Below, piece by piece: positions 22,249 through 35,100 of a stretch of DNA of 64,000 nucleotides. A model generated the notes under the pieces. That model worked only from the letters and a program-made list of their open reading frames with translations. It searched no databases and was not told the origin of the DNA. The position numbers and the translations under genes are program-made. Numbering within the stretch: the stretch's first letter is position 1; each line of letters starts with the position of its first letter. The DNA is from Hormiphora californensis (taxonomy: Eukaryota > Animalia > Ctenophora), in assembly GCA_020137815.1 (NCBI GenBank), contig CM035362.1:4836001-4900000 (forward strand), given 5' to 3'.

Positions 22249-25200
22249 TTACTCTGTGTACTCAAAGGGCTCGGGAGGGGGTGCCTCTGCATCATCTCCG
22301 TCCTTAGATTCGTCTCCTGAAGCTGAAACAATTGATTAGGTTAAATTTGCTATGTTCTAACCCTCCCTTTACATTTGATTCGGGGGCGGGGCGCCCGAAA
22401 CACAGTCTAGCCAGGCAAGGTTAAATCAGGTTAAATTCTGAGTAGGGTCCTCGACAATGGTTCACGCCCATGGCAACCGCTCAAATCAAATCAAATCAGA
22501 TCAAACTATGTCATTCTTGCTCACAACTCTTATCTCTCAAAATAGCCACTCAATCTCAACCACTAAACACTCACCGGCGGGTTTGACAACCTCAATAATC
22601 TCCTCCGTTTCTCCCTTCTTTCCATCCCTGAGAATAACAAATCCTCCTAGACCGTTCCTGTTCCAGACACTCGAGTATCTGCTGTCAGCAGGAATATCCA
22701 TCACTGCTCGTTGGTCTGTGGGGGGGGGTGGTAATGTAACCTGTCTTTGGAGGTGCATGGATACTATCACGGTGGGGGTTTAGAAATAAAATTGGTGATT
22801 GCTATGATGGGAAAGTGATTAGGAGTTGGGAGACATACCAACAAGAACTCGAGCAGGATTTTCTAGCAGCTCAAACTTGGGCTCATCCTTCTTCTTCTCC
22901 GTTTCTTTCTTCTTCTCTTCTTCAGCTTTCTTCTCTTCCTCGGCCTTCTTCTTCTCTTCTTCCTTCTTTTTCTCCTCAGCTGGAAGATTTTAAAATGTTA
23001 CAAACATGTGTAAAATAGCCAGACTTCTCTTGACTATTTATTAAGTTAGAGCCGGACCAAATCACTATATGTATCACCTTGTTACCCTCTTTACAAGTGG
23101 GGTGCGGTGAGAGAGAGAGAGAGGGGGGAGGGGGGAGGGGTAGTTGAGCAAGACAATTACCACCAACATGGGGGGGGGGTTACCTTGTTTTTCCTCATCT
23201 ACATCCATGGGCGTGGCACGTCCCTTTGCCAACTTCTTCACAGTAGTAGACAGAATGGCAGTGCTAACCTGGGAAAAGAGTTTAAATCTTCTATTTTGAA
23301 ATTCAGATATCGAAAAAAAGGAACATATTATGGCAGTTCAGAACCAGTTCATTTTGATCATAGTTATAATCCATCATATTGATGACCAAGTTTAATCCAT
23401 CATTTTAATACATAATCCCATATATAATAATTGTAATTCATAATTGTGATCCATCTCACCTTCTCCTTCTCTTTTTCCTTGGGTGCCTCTAGAATGGGTG
23501 GGTAGGCGTAGGTAGAGGGACGGGCACAGGACCTAAATTTAGTCTTGGGCATCTGTGGAAGACGAGGTTACTGGTTAGCAGGAACCGACCGAAACAAGTA
23601 AACAACCAATCAGAACTCGTTATTTAGGTCACGTGACTGGTTATCAGCCAATCAGGGACCAGTATTTCCTGATTCGGTCGGTTCCTTGTAGCAGCATTTC
23701 ACGTGTTTACTTTTTAATTACAATGAAGGTGATCTAAAAACTGTTTTGATATATATTGACTCACGTTCAGATCACTGTTTAGTCCAATCAGGTAGGTAGG
23801 CTGGAAGGCAAGACATAGGAAGTGGGATAGAGGGAACCAAAACCAGGTATGGGTAAAGACAAGAAGTCCTGCTACAGGAGGGAATGTTGGTATGTCCATA
23901 TTGGGATCTCATTGAGATAGTACAGTTCCTGCCACCAGCATTGATAATTCCCTAATAAGGAGTGTTTTAGAGTATGACCAAATATGGTTATGAGATTAAT
24001 GGCTAAATAAGGTCATGTATGTACCTGTGAAAGAATAGCACCGAATTTAACCATCACGTCCTCATGTTTATCACTCATCGTCTTCGCAAACAGATCCTTG
24101 AAATGCTTCAACTGCGGATAATACATGGTGAATAATGATATATCACTAAATGTGTGTGTGTGTGTGTGTGTGTTTACTCATTACCTCTCGGTGCTCCAAC
24201 CCCCCTCTACTAAACCCCTCTACTAATAATGATATCACTAAATGTGAATGAGTACTAGAGAGATGCGGGCTCTAGAGGAAACAATTTCATGTTGGAGGGG
24301 GGGGGGTCCAGCCCTTAAAAAAGCTAAGCCATCGGCCAAAATTAGGGTACCTTTAGCTTTTTAAGCTTTTTAGCCGCCCCCCCATGTTTGATAAATAAAC
24401 ACATGATGATATATCCCGTATCAGTAAATGAGTTCCGATGCTAGAGGGGAGCACGAGAGGATGCAATACCATCATACTATTATTAAAGCAAATAGGGAAA
24501 TCCAGTGTAACGTTTTTTACCTTATATGGCATTTAGCACGTGCAGGTTTAGAGCCTAGAGGTGAACTGTGGAGTACTATTGGAGTGGGGCCAGGAGTCGG
24601 AGCCGTTGCCAATGGCATGGTTGCTACTGTTATACTGCACGTGCACGTGCATTTGATCTTGCTTTAGTCTGTTTCACTGTTCCAGCTAATTATATGCTCT
24701 CTTCAACAACTCTTGATATACGACAGCGACAATTGGAGTTATTCACGCAAGATCTCACCGCTATTCTCTACTTTTCCATACACTGAGGGGTTCAAATGCA
24801 GCATCACCAAAAGAAGTGCAGAGAGAACGAACAAGACGTTAGAGGTTAAACAGAACCGATGATCAATCTCAGAGATTAAGGCAGATGAATACTGCAAGCA
24901 GACGAAATAGTAAGTTCTTTTATAACTTTGATCGCCGGATCATCATTTGACGTTCTGAAACCAGAAACTCGCAGCGATCCCGCCTGAGCTCCTACTAAGG
25001 TACCGTTACTTAAGATGGGATTGTGCATGTCATTAGTTAGACTGATGATGTCAGTGTTCCCTATTCCAGCTACCAATACCATTTCCCCGAAATTCGCCCG
25101 TAGGGCGAACGGGTTTACTAGTAGTTTTAATTAATATATTATAACGTACCAGGAACCGACCGAACCAAGTAAACAACCAATCAGAACTCGTTATTTAGGT

Positions 25201-26041
25201 CACGTGACTGGTTATCAGCCAATCAGGGACCAGTATTTCCTGATTCGGTCGGTTCCTGTAACGTACCTTGGGGCACATTTGCTCATTCTGTTGAACGAGG
25301 ATCATGGCTGTAGCAAGAAGAGCTCCCTGTCGAACATAGTTAACTGGATCGTTCAGCATTGGTTCCAATATTGTTAGGGCTTCCTTCATACCCGAGCCTG
25401 GAGAAAGAGGGGTGGGTGATGTCTTCAGGACATTTCATCGAAAATATTGAGTGTCGTCACGATACACTCCTCATACCAATTTGGTATGGAGGGTGTTGGT
25501 ATGGATGGTGTTGGTATGGAGGGTGTTGGTATGGAGGGTGTTGGTATGGAGGGTGTTGGTATGGAGGGTGTTGGTATACAAGAAGAAGTAGGGATTCTGT
25601 GACGATTGAAATCGTAGCCTTCACAATTTACCTGCACAGCTAATTCCAAGAGCCAGTGCGGCGCCATACCGGACATGGCTGTTGTAGCTCTCGGCAAGGA
25701 GAGAAACCACGTTAGGACATTGTTCAGGGGCATTGAACAGAATGAAACCAATGCTTATCACAGCTGCCCTTCGTACATCATCGTTCACATCACTGAGGGG
25801 AGGGAGGGGTTGATAAGAAGTGGGATGAATTTAACAATTTCCCCAGCCTATATCCATAATTTACGTACTTCTTTTTTCTTCAAATTTAGTCCAAAAACCA
25901 ATTAAATAAATTAGTTTGGATGCCCGGGCCCATGTGGTGTCACGGGGGTAACACCTACTGCCATAATTAACGGCATATCTCGTTAATTGTTAATTGTTAT
26001 CCTTCAATCTGTCTATCTTTATCTATCTCTCTCACTCTCTC

Positions 26042-26106
<65 letters not shown>

Positions 26107-29100
26107 CTATCTCCCTCTCTCTCTTTCTCTCTCACTGTTTCTTTCACTATATCTCTCTCCTCTTATTTATCTCTCTTTCTTGATTATATCTCACCCTTTC
26201 TATCCTAATTTCCTTTGCCTTTATCTCTCACGATATCCATCATTTATGACAGTTATTATAGCCTAAAGGTGTTACCCCCGTGACACCACATGGGCCCGGG
26301 CATCCAAACTAATTTATTTAATTGGTTTTTGGACTAAATTTCTGTTCTTTTTGGTGTAAAATAGAAAAAGCTATTTTTACGGAATTTGAATAATTCATAA
26401 ATATGCGAATAACGACTAAACGGTGAGAGATACGGCTTTTTGTCAGGGGGACGACCCCCATAAATCGACTATTCTGCGCCGGAATATGTCCATGAAAACG
26501 TTCTAGGACCATCCGAAGTGGAAATATTAAGAATATGCATTAAATCATGAATCGGTGCATAAATATGCAAATAACGGCTTAACGGTGCGAGATGGAGATT
26601 TTTGTCCCGAGTAAGACCCCCCATAAATCGACTATTTTGCGTCGAAATATGTCCATGAAAACGTTCTAGGACCCGCTGAACTGGAAATATTCAGAATATG
26701 CATTAAATTATGAATCGGTGCATAAATATGCAAATAACGGCTAAACGGTGCGAGATACGACTTTTTGTCCGGGGGACGACCCCCCATAAATCGACTATTT
26801 TGCGTCGAAATATGTCCATGAAAACGTTCTAGGACCAGCCAAAGTGAAAATATTGAAAATATGCATAAAATCGTGAATAGGTGCATAAATATGCAAATGA
26901 CGGCTTAACGGTGCGAGATAGAGATTTTTGTCCCGAGTAAGACCCCCCATAAACCGACCATTCCGCGTCGAATAAGACCGGTTTCAAGTCTTTATGACCT
27001 TCCAGTCGTGTCATATCGCAACCATGGTTAAAATGAATATTTAATGACTAATTAATGAATAACTAATGAACTATGGCGATTTCGAAGTTCTCACACAACT
27101 ATTACCGAGCGCAATGATGTAAGGAACCACTGTTCCAAACGGCAAGTCTCTACTATTTGTGGTTTAGGAGAACACTCAAAGATAAAAAAGCGTCCTCCTC
27201 CCCCTCCCCTCCCCCTCCTTACATTTTTGCATTTTGGGACCCCTCTGGCAAATTTTTACCTTACATCCTATCGTTCTGAAAATTTGCATGCCTCTTCTCC
27301 TATGTGAGGGCCCTTAGAGTACAAAATTTCAGATCTCTACTTCATCTGGAACATGCTTTTTTAAAGCATCAAAAACCTCGAAATCTGCAATGGTATATAG
27401 TAGCACTGGCAGGTTTTCACGCGCTTGTGTGTAGAAGTGTTGCGTGTGCTCTCTCTTTTGTTTTTTGAGTTAGAGGGTATTTCTAAGGTGGGGGCTCTGC
27501 CCCCACACCCCCGTTTATGGGCCCGGGGCACTTGCCAGTGCTATGACAACTTGTCCAAAGAGAGAATCTAAACAATACTAATGTTTTACCACTACGTGTC
27601 ACAATGTGTCAAATTACCTGACAGCAACGTGAAGGAGGCGGCGGATTGCATTGTTGTTTCCAGTACCCGCATAGGACATACCCACACAGTACATACCACA
27701 CATTCGCAGTACAGAGTCCTTGTCCTGTTGATATATATATCATGATGAAGATGATGAATATGATGAAGTGATTAGAGATAAGAAGGATTATGGGAGTAGA
27801 AAGTTAGAGGGCTAGCCAAGAATAGGAAGCCAAGAGGCTAGGATGATACTCCTCTTCTCAGTCCTCACTCTACAACTAAATAATCTACCTTGGAGAGTGA
27901 ATCAATAGTAGGGTCAGCAGCCTCCAGTTGTCCATAGCATACAAAGGCGATTCCTAGCGCCAAACCTCTCAGGATTTTCTCGTGCTGGGTGTCCTGGGCG
28001 TACTGGATCATTTCAGAGAGAGCATCCTCATCTAGCGAACCTGAGGGTGGATGGGAGGTGTTAGAACCTGAGGGTGGATGGAGAGAAGTGTTAGATGAGG
28101 GGTTGTAGCACCGGGAGGTAATGAGTAAACACACACACACGCATTGAGCAAGCTCAATGTTTAGCTATTCTCCGGCTGGGTATAGGGCCCCCGGTTACAG
28201 GCAATGTTAACGGCAATGTTAACGGGGAGCGAAGCTAAGACGGTCCCTGTGACCCCCCAACCTTTTAAAACTTGTATATCCGAATAGACTTGACATGTGG
28301 GCAGTAGCGATCCTACTATATCTTGCCAGTACCTCAGCCCTATACCCAGCCGGAGAATAGCTAAACATTGAGCTTGCTCAATGCGTGTGTGTGTGTTTAC
28401 TCATTAGAAGTGTTAGAACCTGGAGTTTTAAAAAAACCGACCACTGACTAAACCAGCATTAGACGAACATATTTCCCGTCGATTAGATTGGTCAAGTAAA
28501 CTACCGACTAAATACCAATGTTGGGAAGATCCCCCTACTGACCCAGTAGCCCAAATTTCCAAATTTTAAGGAAAAATACGATACTCACCCATCATGACGA
28601 GACCCATAGCAAGGCCAGCTGCTTCTCCTGTTACAGCTTCATCAAGGTAAAGGTTGTTCCTCAGCAGTTCGTAGATCTCAGCATTGTGGGATGTCATGGC
28701 GGCCAGACCGAGACCAAGACACCCACCATGACGTACCGTCTGTAGAGATGTTTGGGAGGAGAGGAGAGGAGAGGAGAGGAGAGGAGAGGAGAGGAGAGGA
28801 GAGGAGAGGAGAGGAGAGGAGAGGAGAGGAGAGGAGAGGAGAGGAGAGGAGAGGAGAGGAGAGGAGAGGAGAGGAGAGGAGAGGAGAGGAGAGGAGTTGT
28901 TATTACCAGAGTTACGTATATTTGGAAGGAGTTGTTACTCGCTCTACTCTATCAGGCTAGCTTCTTATTTTGAACTGTATGTTATGTACTACAAGTTGTA
29001 AACACTTAACAGAGACCAATACTTGAAAATATCTATAGGATCCCATCTTGTAAGAAGAACATAATTAACTCACATCATTAGTAGCAGAACTAAGCTGCTC

Positions 29101-32100
29101 CGAGAGATAAGGAATGATATTAGCACCGTGATTTGCATGGATCATTCCCAGTGCATACAAGGCCCCACCCTCCTGGTAGGGACTACCACTGCCGCTATCC
29201 TTAGGCAGATATGATGACATTAGCTTGATCGCATTCGTCTCATGTCCGTGGTGGATGACTCCGAAACTGGCAGTTGCAGTGAATTTAGCCCAGTTGGTAG
29301 CTTTAGCCAACCACTCGAGATTATCCCTGGGAGTGGAGAGTATGGTATTGTTTTGTTGTTCAAACCCTTTTTATTGGTGTGAGACAGTGTCGAGCTAATG
29401 TTAGTTATTCATTGCATCTAGAAAACACCCCCACCCCCCCCCCCCCCCAAATAGCATGTACAATTATTAGATGGTATTACAAGTAAATCTAACTATCAGG
29501 AACCGGCCGAATCAGGAACTACTGGTCCCTGATTGGCTGATAACCAGTCACGTGACCTAAATGACGAGTTCTGACTGGTTGTTTACTTGTTTTGCTAACT
29601 ATTTTACCTGAGGAAGGCATTGTTGGTGGTTCCAGCGTGCATGAATGAGTTAGCGATAACAGTAGCAGTGTGACACACAGCGTTCCTTGAGGAGTCCTGG
29701 AAATAGAGGGAGGGTATAAAGGAGGAGGCTAAATACAGAACCTGTAAATCGTGGGATATTGATTTTCGAATACAAATGCCGAATGAGCTAGAGTTCACTC
29801 ATTGTTTGTGTGGGGGGGGGTCCAGCCCTAAAAAAAGCTAAGCTAACGGCCAAAATCAGGGTACCTTTAGCTTTTTTTAGCTTTTTTTAGCTTTTTTTAG
29901 CTTTTTTTAGCTTTTTTTAGCTATTTTTAGCTTTTTTTAGCTTTTTTAAGGCTAAAAAAAGCTAAAAAAAGCTAAAAAAAAGCTAAAATTGAGTTTTTAG
30001 TGGATTCATATAGGTTCGAATCCCGCTGACGCCAAATTTTTTAAACTTTTATTATAACGTTTTATAACGTTTTTTGAACTTTTTTAAAACTATTTTTATC
30101 AAATTTGAATAATATTTTTATCGAAAAAATGTCTCCAGAAAATGGCAGTAGGGGTGGATACAGAAATTGCTCTGTATGGACATAAACGGTAGATTATGGT
30201 AAAAAATGTGCAGGAAATGAACAAATGCAGTCAATAGACGTCCGGAAGGATGAAAATTTAATGGAAAAGTGTCAAGATGAATGCTGAAAAAAACATAAAA
30301 AGTAGGGCTAAAAAAAGCTAAAAAAAGCTAAAAAAAGCTAAAATAAAAAACGCTATCGACCAAAATCAGGGTACCTTTAGCTTTTTTTAGGGCTGGACCC
30401 CCCCCCCTTGTGTACAATTCTGTGAATCTTGAGAGCCGGACGCGCGTGATACAAATGCTGAAAAGTTGGGTTTTCATTAAACTGCGCGCGTTTTTGCTAG
30501 TTGTTGGCTCTTTCTGCAGTCATGTCCCAATTCAGTTGGTGTAGCGGCAGTGACACTGTGTAAATGGGTGTGGCAATTTATGTATAGCTGCAGAAAACAG
30601 TATAAGTAGACCCTTGAACCCAGTCTCAGTTGACAGAAAGGGGCCTAACGAAGGAATCGAATTAGCCGGATTAACAAACAGGATCGACACATGCGGACAT
30701 AAAAAGTTTTATGAAGGAGTTAGTGAAACTATTCAAAAAGCTTTTTGTATCAGTATCCGTCTTCAAGTCGATGTTGTGTTTTACTTTTATCGCTCCAACA
30801 ACCTACAACTCAAGGATTGGCTTATGATGCAGAGTCAACAGAAATTACTGCTGAAATAGTTGTGATTTTCTTATGAATATACCGAGCAGTACCCTCCGGG
30901 AAGATACGCTTGTTTTGTTAAATCAATTCAATCTAACAACCAATCATAACTACACCTAACATGGAAATCGACACTGCAACCCTGATCACGGTGCACCAGA
31001 AGGATCGTCAACCCAAAGTTGAGCCCGCAAAACAAACTTTTGCTGGGGGTGACCCAGGAGGCCTTCCTGAACATCCCCACGGTGAGAAAAGTATATGTTA
31101 TCGGGGGAAATTTTTGTTAAAATCGAAAAAACTGGTTTTTGGTCCAAATTTGTGCATAACTTACTTGACTGCCGTTTGATGAAATATCTGATTGACATAA
31201 AATAAGTATACAAGACCTATTTTTGCACGAGGAATCGATTGCCGGTGGAGAGAAATCTCTAAAATGACCGGAAAATTGTCAAATATGGGAATTTTGTCAT
31301 TTTTTTGAGGTTTTTGGCCCTTTAACCATTGAAAACGTTGAGATAGGAAGTTGGAAATAGCGCCAATCGTTAAAATGGTCATTTTTCTACGGGATCCCAA
31401 AATTTCATGTATATCCGATTTATGGTTAGATTTTGGCAAACTATTGAGATGTGCTTACTGAAAAAAGGATAACTTGATTTTCTCGTTTTTTGCGATTTTT
31501 TAACTTTTGACAGAATTCTGATTGAAATGGCCAATCAGGGCCACGCTAAAGTTGTTTATGGGACAATTTTCGACCAAAATCCAAGATTTCATGCAAATCC
31601 AATGACAGATCATTGATTTATAGAAAGTTGAAATAGGCAAAAAAGGCCAATTTTTACCATGAAAATAAAAATTCACATTTTTTCTGGTCAATTTCCGTCA
31701 ACAACTGGTACCCTACCTATTTTTGCACGTAGAATCGATTGCCGGTGGAGTGGATCCTCTTAAACGATTGGAAAGCGGTCGAAATGCCATTTATTGGAGG
31801 CCCAAAAAACCGCCCAAAAATGGCATTTCGACCGCTTTCCAATCATTTAAGAGGATCCACTCCACCGGCAATCGATTCTACGTGCAAAAATAGGTAGGGT
31901 ACCAGTTGTTGACGGAAATTGACCAGAAAAAATGTGAATTTTTATTTTCATGGTAAAAGTTGGCCTTTTTTGCCTATTTCAACTTTCTATAAATCAATGA
32001 TCTGTCATTGGATTTGCATGAAATCTTGGATTTTGGTCGAAAATTGTCCCTTAAACAACTTTAGCGTGGCCCTGATTGGCCATTTCAATCAGAATTCTGT

Positions 32101-35100
32101 CAAAAGTTAAAAAATCGCAAAAAACGAGAAAATCAAGTTATCCTTTTTTCAGTAAGCACATCTCAATAGTTTGCCAAAATCTAACCATAAATCGGATATA
32201 CATGAAATTTTGGGATCCCGTAGAAAAATGACCATTTTAACGATTGGCGCTATTTCCAACTTCCTATCTCAACGTTTTCAATGGTTAAAGGGCCAAAAAC
32301 CTCAAAAAAATGACAAAATTCCCATATTTGACAATTTTCCGGTCATTTTAGAGATTTCTCTCCACCGGCAATCGATTCCTCGTGCAAAAATAGGTCTTGT
32401 ATACTTATTTTATGTCAATCAGATATTTCATCAAACGGCAGTCAAGTAAGTTATGCACAAATTTGGACCAAAAACCAGTTTTTTCGATTTTAACAAAAAT
32501 TTCCCCCGATAACATATACTTTTCTCACCGTGGGGATGTTCAGGAAGGCCTCCTGGGTCACCCCCAACAAAAGTTTGTTTTGCGGGCTCAACTTTGGGTT
32601 GACGATCCTTCTGGTGCACCGTGTGATCGCAATGCAAATCATCCCTATTGCCACATTGCTACTGGGGATACTAGCTGTATTCGTCATCACGAAGATGATT
32701 GGAAGAACTGAGGAAGGCATCGCTAATTATGAAGCTTATGAAACCCAAAGACAACTGAAACTTTTGTTTTTTAATAATTGTGATTTTCTTCTGAATAAAC
32801 AACCGTGACTAGAACCACTGACTGCAGAACTAGGTCCCATGTTTAGGACAATCATTGAAAAGAACAAGGTAAGCACAATAAATATAACTTGTTTCACAAT
32901 TTCCAATCTGAGTACAACTCAGGTACACGTTAGTACGATTGTAACACCTCCTATCCTTGCAGACAATGACACACTCGATCGTGGACAGGTCAATGTGAAT
33001 CTTGCATCCAGACAAGGAGGCATCCTACACCAGCTCCAAAGGATGCATTTTAGGAGGTGAACATTCACTTTGAGATGCTAAAAAATGGTGCAGGCCCGTC
33101 CATCACCGGACTCCATGCCGCCAACCAGACCGATCCGGTGCCCTGATCCCACCGTGCAGCACAAACCGACTATGTTGTGCTGGACATGGAATGAGTGTGT
33201 GAGTGTGTGTGTGACGTGCAGTGTGACGTGTGTGTGAGGTGAGCTCAACGGGGGGAGTTCAGAAATGAGCTCTTCGTGCCAGCTCAGCCCTGATATCCCA
33301 TCTGTGTGTTGGGAGATCAGGGCTTAGTCCCGTTGCCGTGGACCTGCTGGCTGATGGTCCAGTGAGTACGGTCAACTCACACAAAAAATTAGAAATCATA
33401 AAAGTAGTTGAGATAATTTATTTGTGTGCTTTAAAGACTTTGTGTATGACTTGGTGTGTATCTAGCTGGGCTTACATACACAGATTCGCCGGTTAGTAGG
33501 GAATAAGATTTAGATCGTGTATAAAAAGAAATATAATTTTACCTTGCAGTTTTTGAGTACCAGCATATCACTACTACTCTTCCTAATGAGGAACTGAGAC
33601 TTCAGTGTAATGGGGACCTCTCCATTCAGAATAGATGCCACATGTTCCTTTTTCTTATCGATAGCGGAATCCTGAAGAGAGAGGGGAGGGTTAATATAGT
33701 GTGGGAGCTGGAGGTTAATAGCGGAATCCTGAAGAGAGAGGGGAGGGTTAATATAGTGAGGGGAGCTGGAGGTTAATAGAGGAATCCTGAAGAGAGAGGG
33801 GAGGGTTAATATAGTGGGGGAGCTGGAGGTTAATAGCGGAATCCTGAAGAGAGAGGGGAGGGTTAATATAGTGGGGGAGCTGGAGGTTAATAGCGGAATC
33901 CTGAAGAGAGAGGGGAGGGTTAATATAGTGGGGGAGCTGGAGGTTAATAGCGGAATCTTGAAGAGAGAGGGAAGGGTTAATATAGTGGGGGAGCTGGAGG
34001 TTAATATCGGAATCCTGAAGAGAGAGGGGAGGGTTAATATAGTGGGGGAGCTGGAGGTTAATATCGGAATCCTGAAGAGTGAGGGGAGGGTTAATATTGT
34101 GGGGGAGCTGGAGGTTAATAGCGGAATCCTGAAGAGAGAGGGGAGGGTTAATATAGTGGGGGAGCTGGAGGTTAATAGCGGAATCCTGAAGAGAGAGGGG
34201 AGGGTTAATATAGTGGGGGAGCTGGAGGTTAATAGCGGAATCCTAAAGAGAGAGGGGAGGGTTAATATAGCGGGGGAGCTGGAGGTTAATATCGGAATCC
34301 TGAAGAGAGAGGGGAGGGTTAATATTGTGGGGGAGCTGGAGGTTAATAGCGGGATCCTGAAGAGAGAGGGGAGGGTTAATATAGTGGGGGAGCTGGAGGT
34401 TAATAGCGGACTCCTGAAGAGAGAGAGGGGAGTGTTAATGCAGTGGGGGAGCTGGAGGTTAATAGCGGGATCCTGAAGAGAGAGGGGAGGGTTAATATAG
34501 TGGGGGAGCTGGAGATTAATATCGGAATCTTGAAGAGTGATCTGATTAGGTTCTATTCAAGCCAAAGCAAGTGGAGTGAGAGGGACGCGAGAGGCACGCG
34601 AGAGGCACGTGAGAGGCACGTGAGAGATCGAATCATATATTATTGAATTTGATATAATGAGCACTATTGTGACAAGTGAAAACAAGTTTTTTACACAATC
34701 AACAAATGTTTCACGCGAATGCGATCGTCAGGATTAAAAATGTAAACTTGTTTACTCGTTAACAGTCCTCTGCTCCTTCATAAAGTTGGATGTTTCATGA
34801 GTTTAACGGCTAGATACTTCCTCTTGTGCGGACACTTGTTTAACAGTTCGCTCTTCCTGTTTATCAGGTCCTTCCCTCTGAGGATGTGGTACTTTTCCGC
34901 CAGACACAGATTACAGGTTATATTACCAGATATAATGAGCACAAATGACACGATTTACATAATAATGCGGGGTTACTTATATGTGGGAGGATAATTCAAG
35001 AGATAAGCCAGTTGGCGTCAGAGATCACTGCCGTATGATTAAAACCAAATTACGAGAAGAGGTTGGTGGCTGGCGGTGTATCACGTCAGGGGACTTAGTG

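Noticed and set aside
30005-30035. tRNA B-box-like ggttcgaatcccgc
   Set aside because: No cloverleaf or A-box can be built; isolated motif inside a TIR element.
30961-32711. Mirrored ORF pairs in the foldbacks (also 17162/18837)
   Set aside because: They arise from the palindrome; no transposase motifs.
33333-33373. Resemblance of gccgt...gtacggt to group II intron domain V, or to a hammerhead core
   Set aside because: No AGC triad stem with a GNRA loop and no CUGANGA/GAAA core; kept only as an unclassified structure.
33814-34476. 220-aa repeat ORF on the + strand
   Set aside because: Product of the stop-free 57-bp minisatellite; no ATG start and no independent coding evidence.
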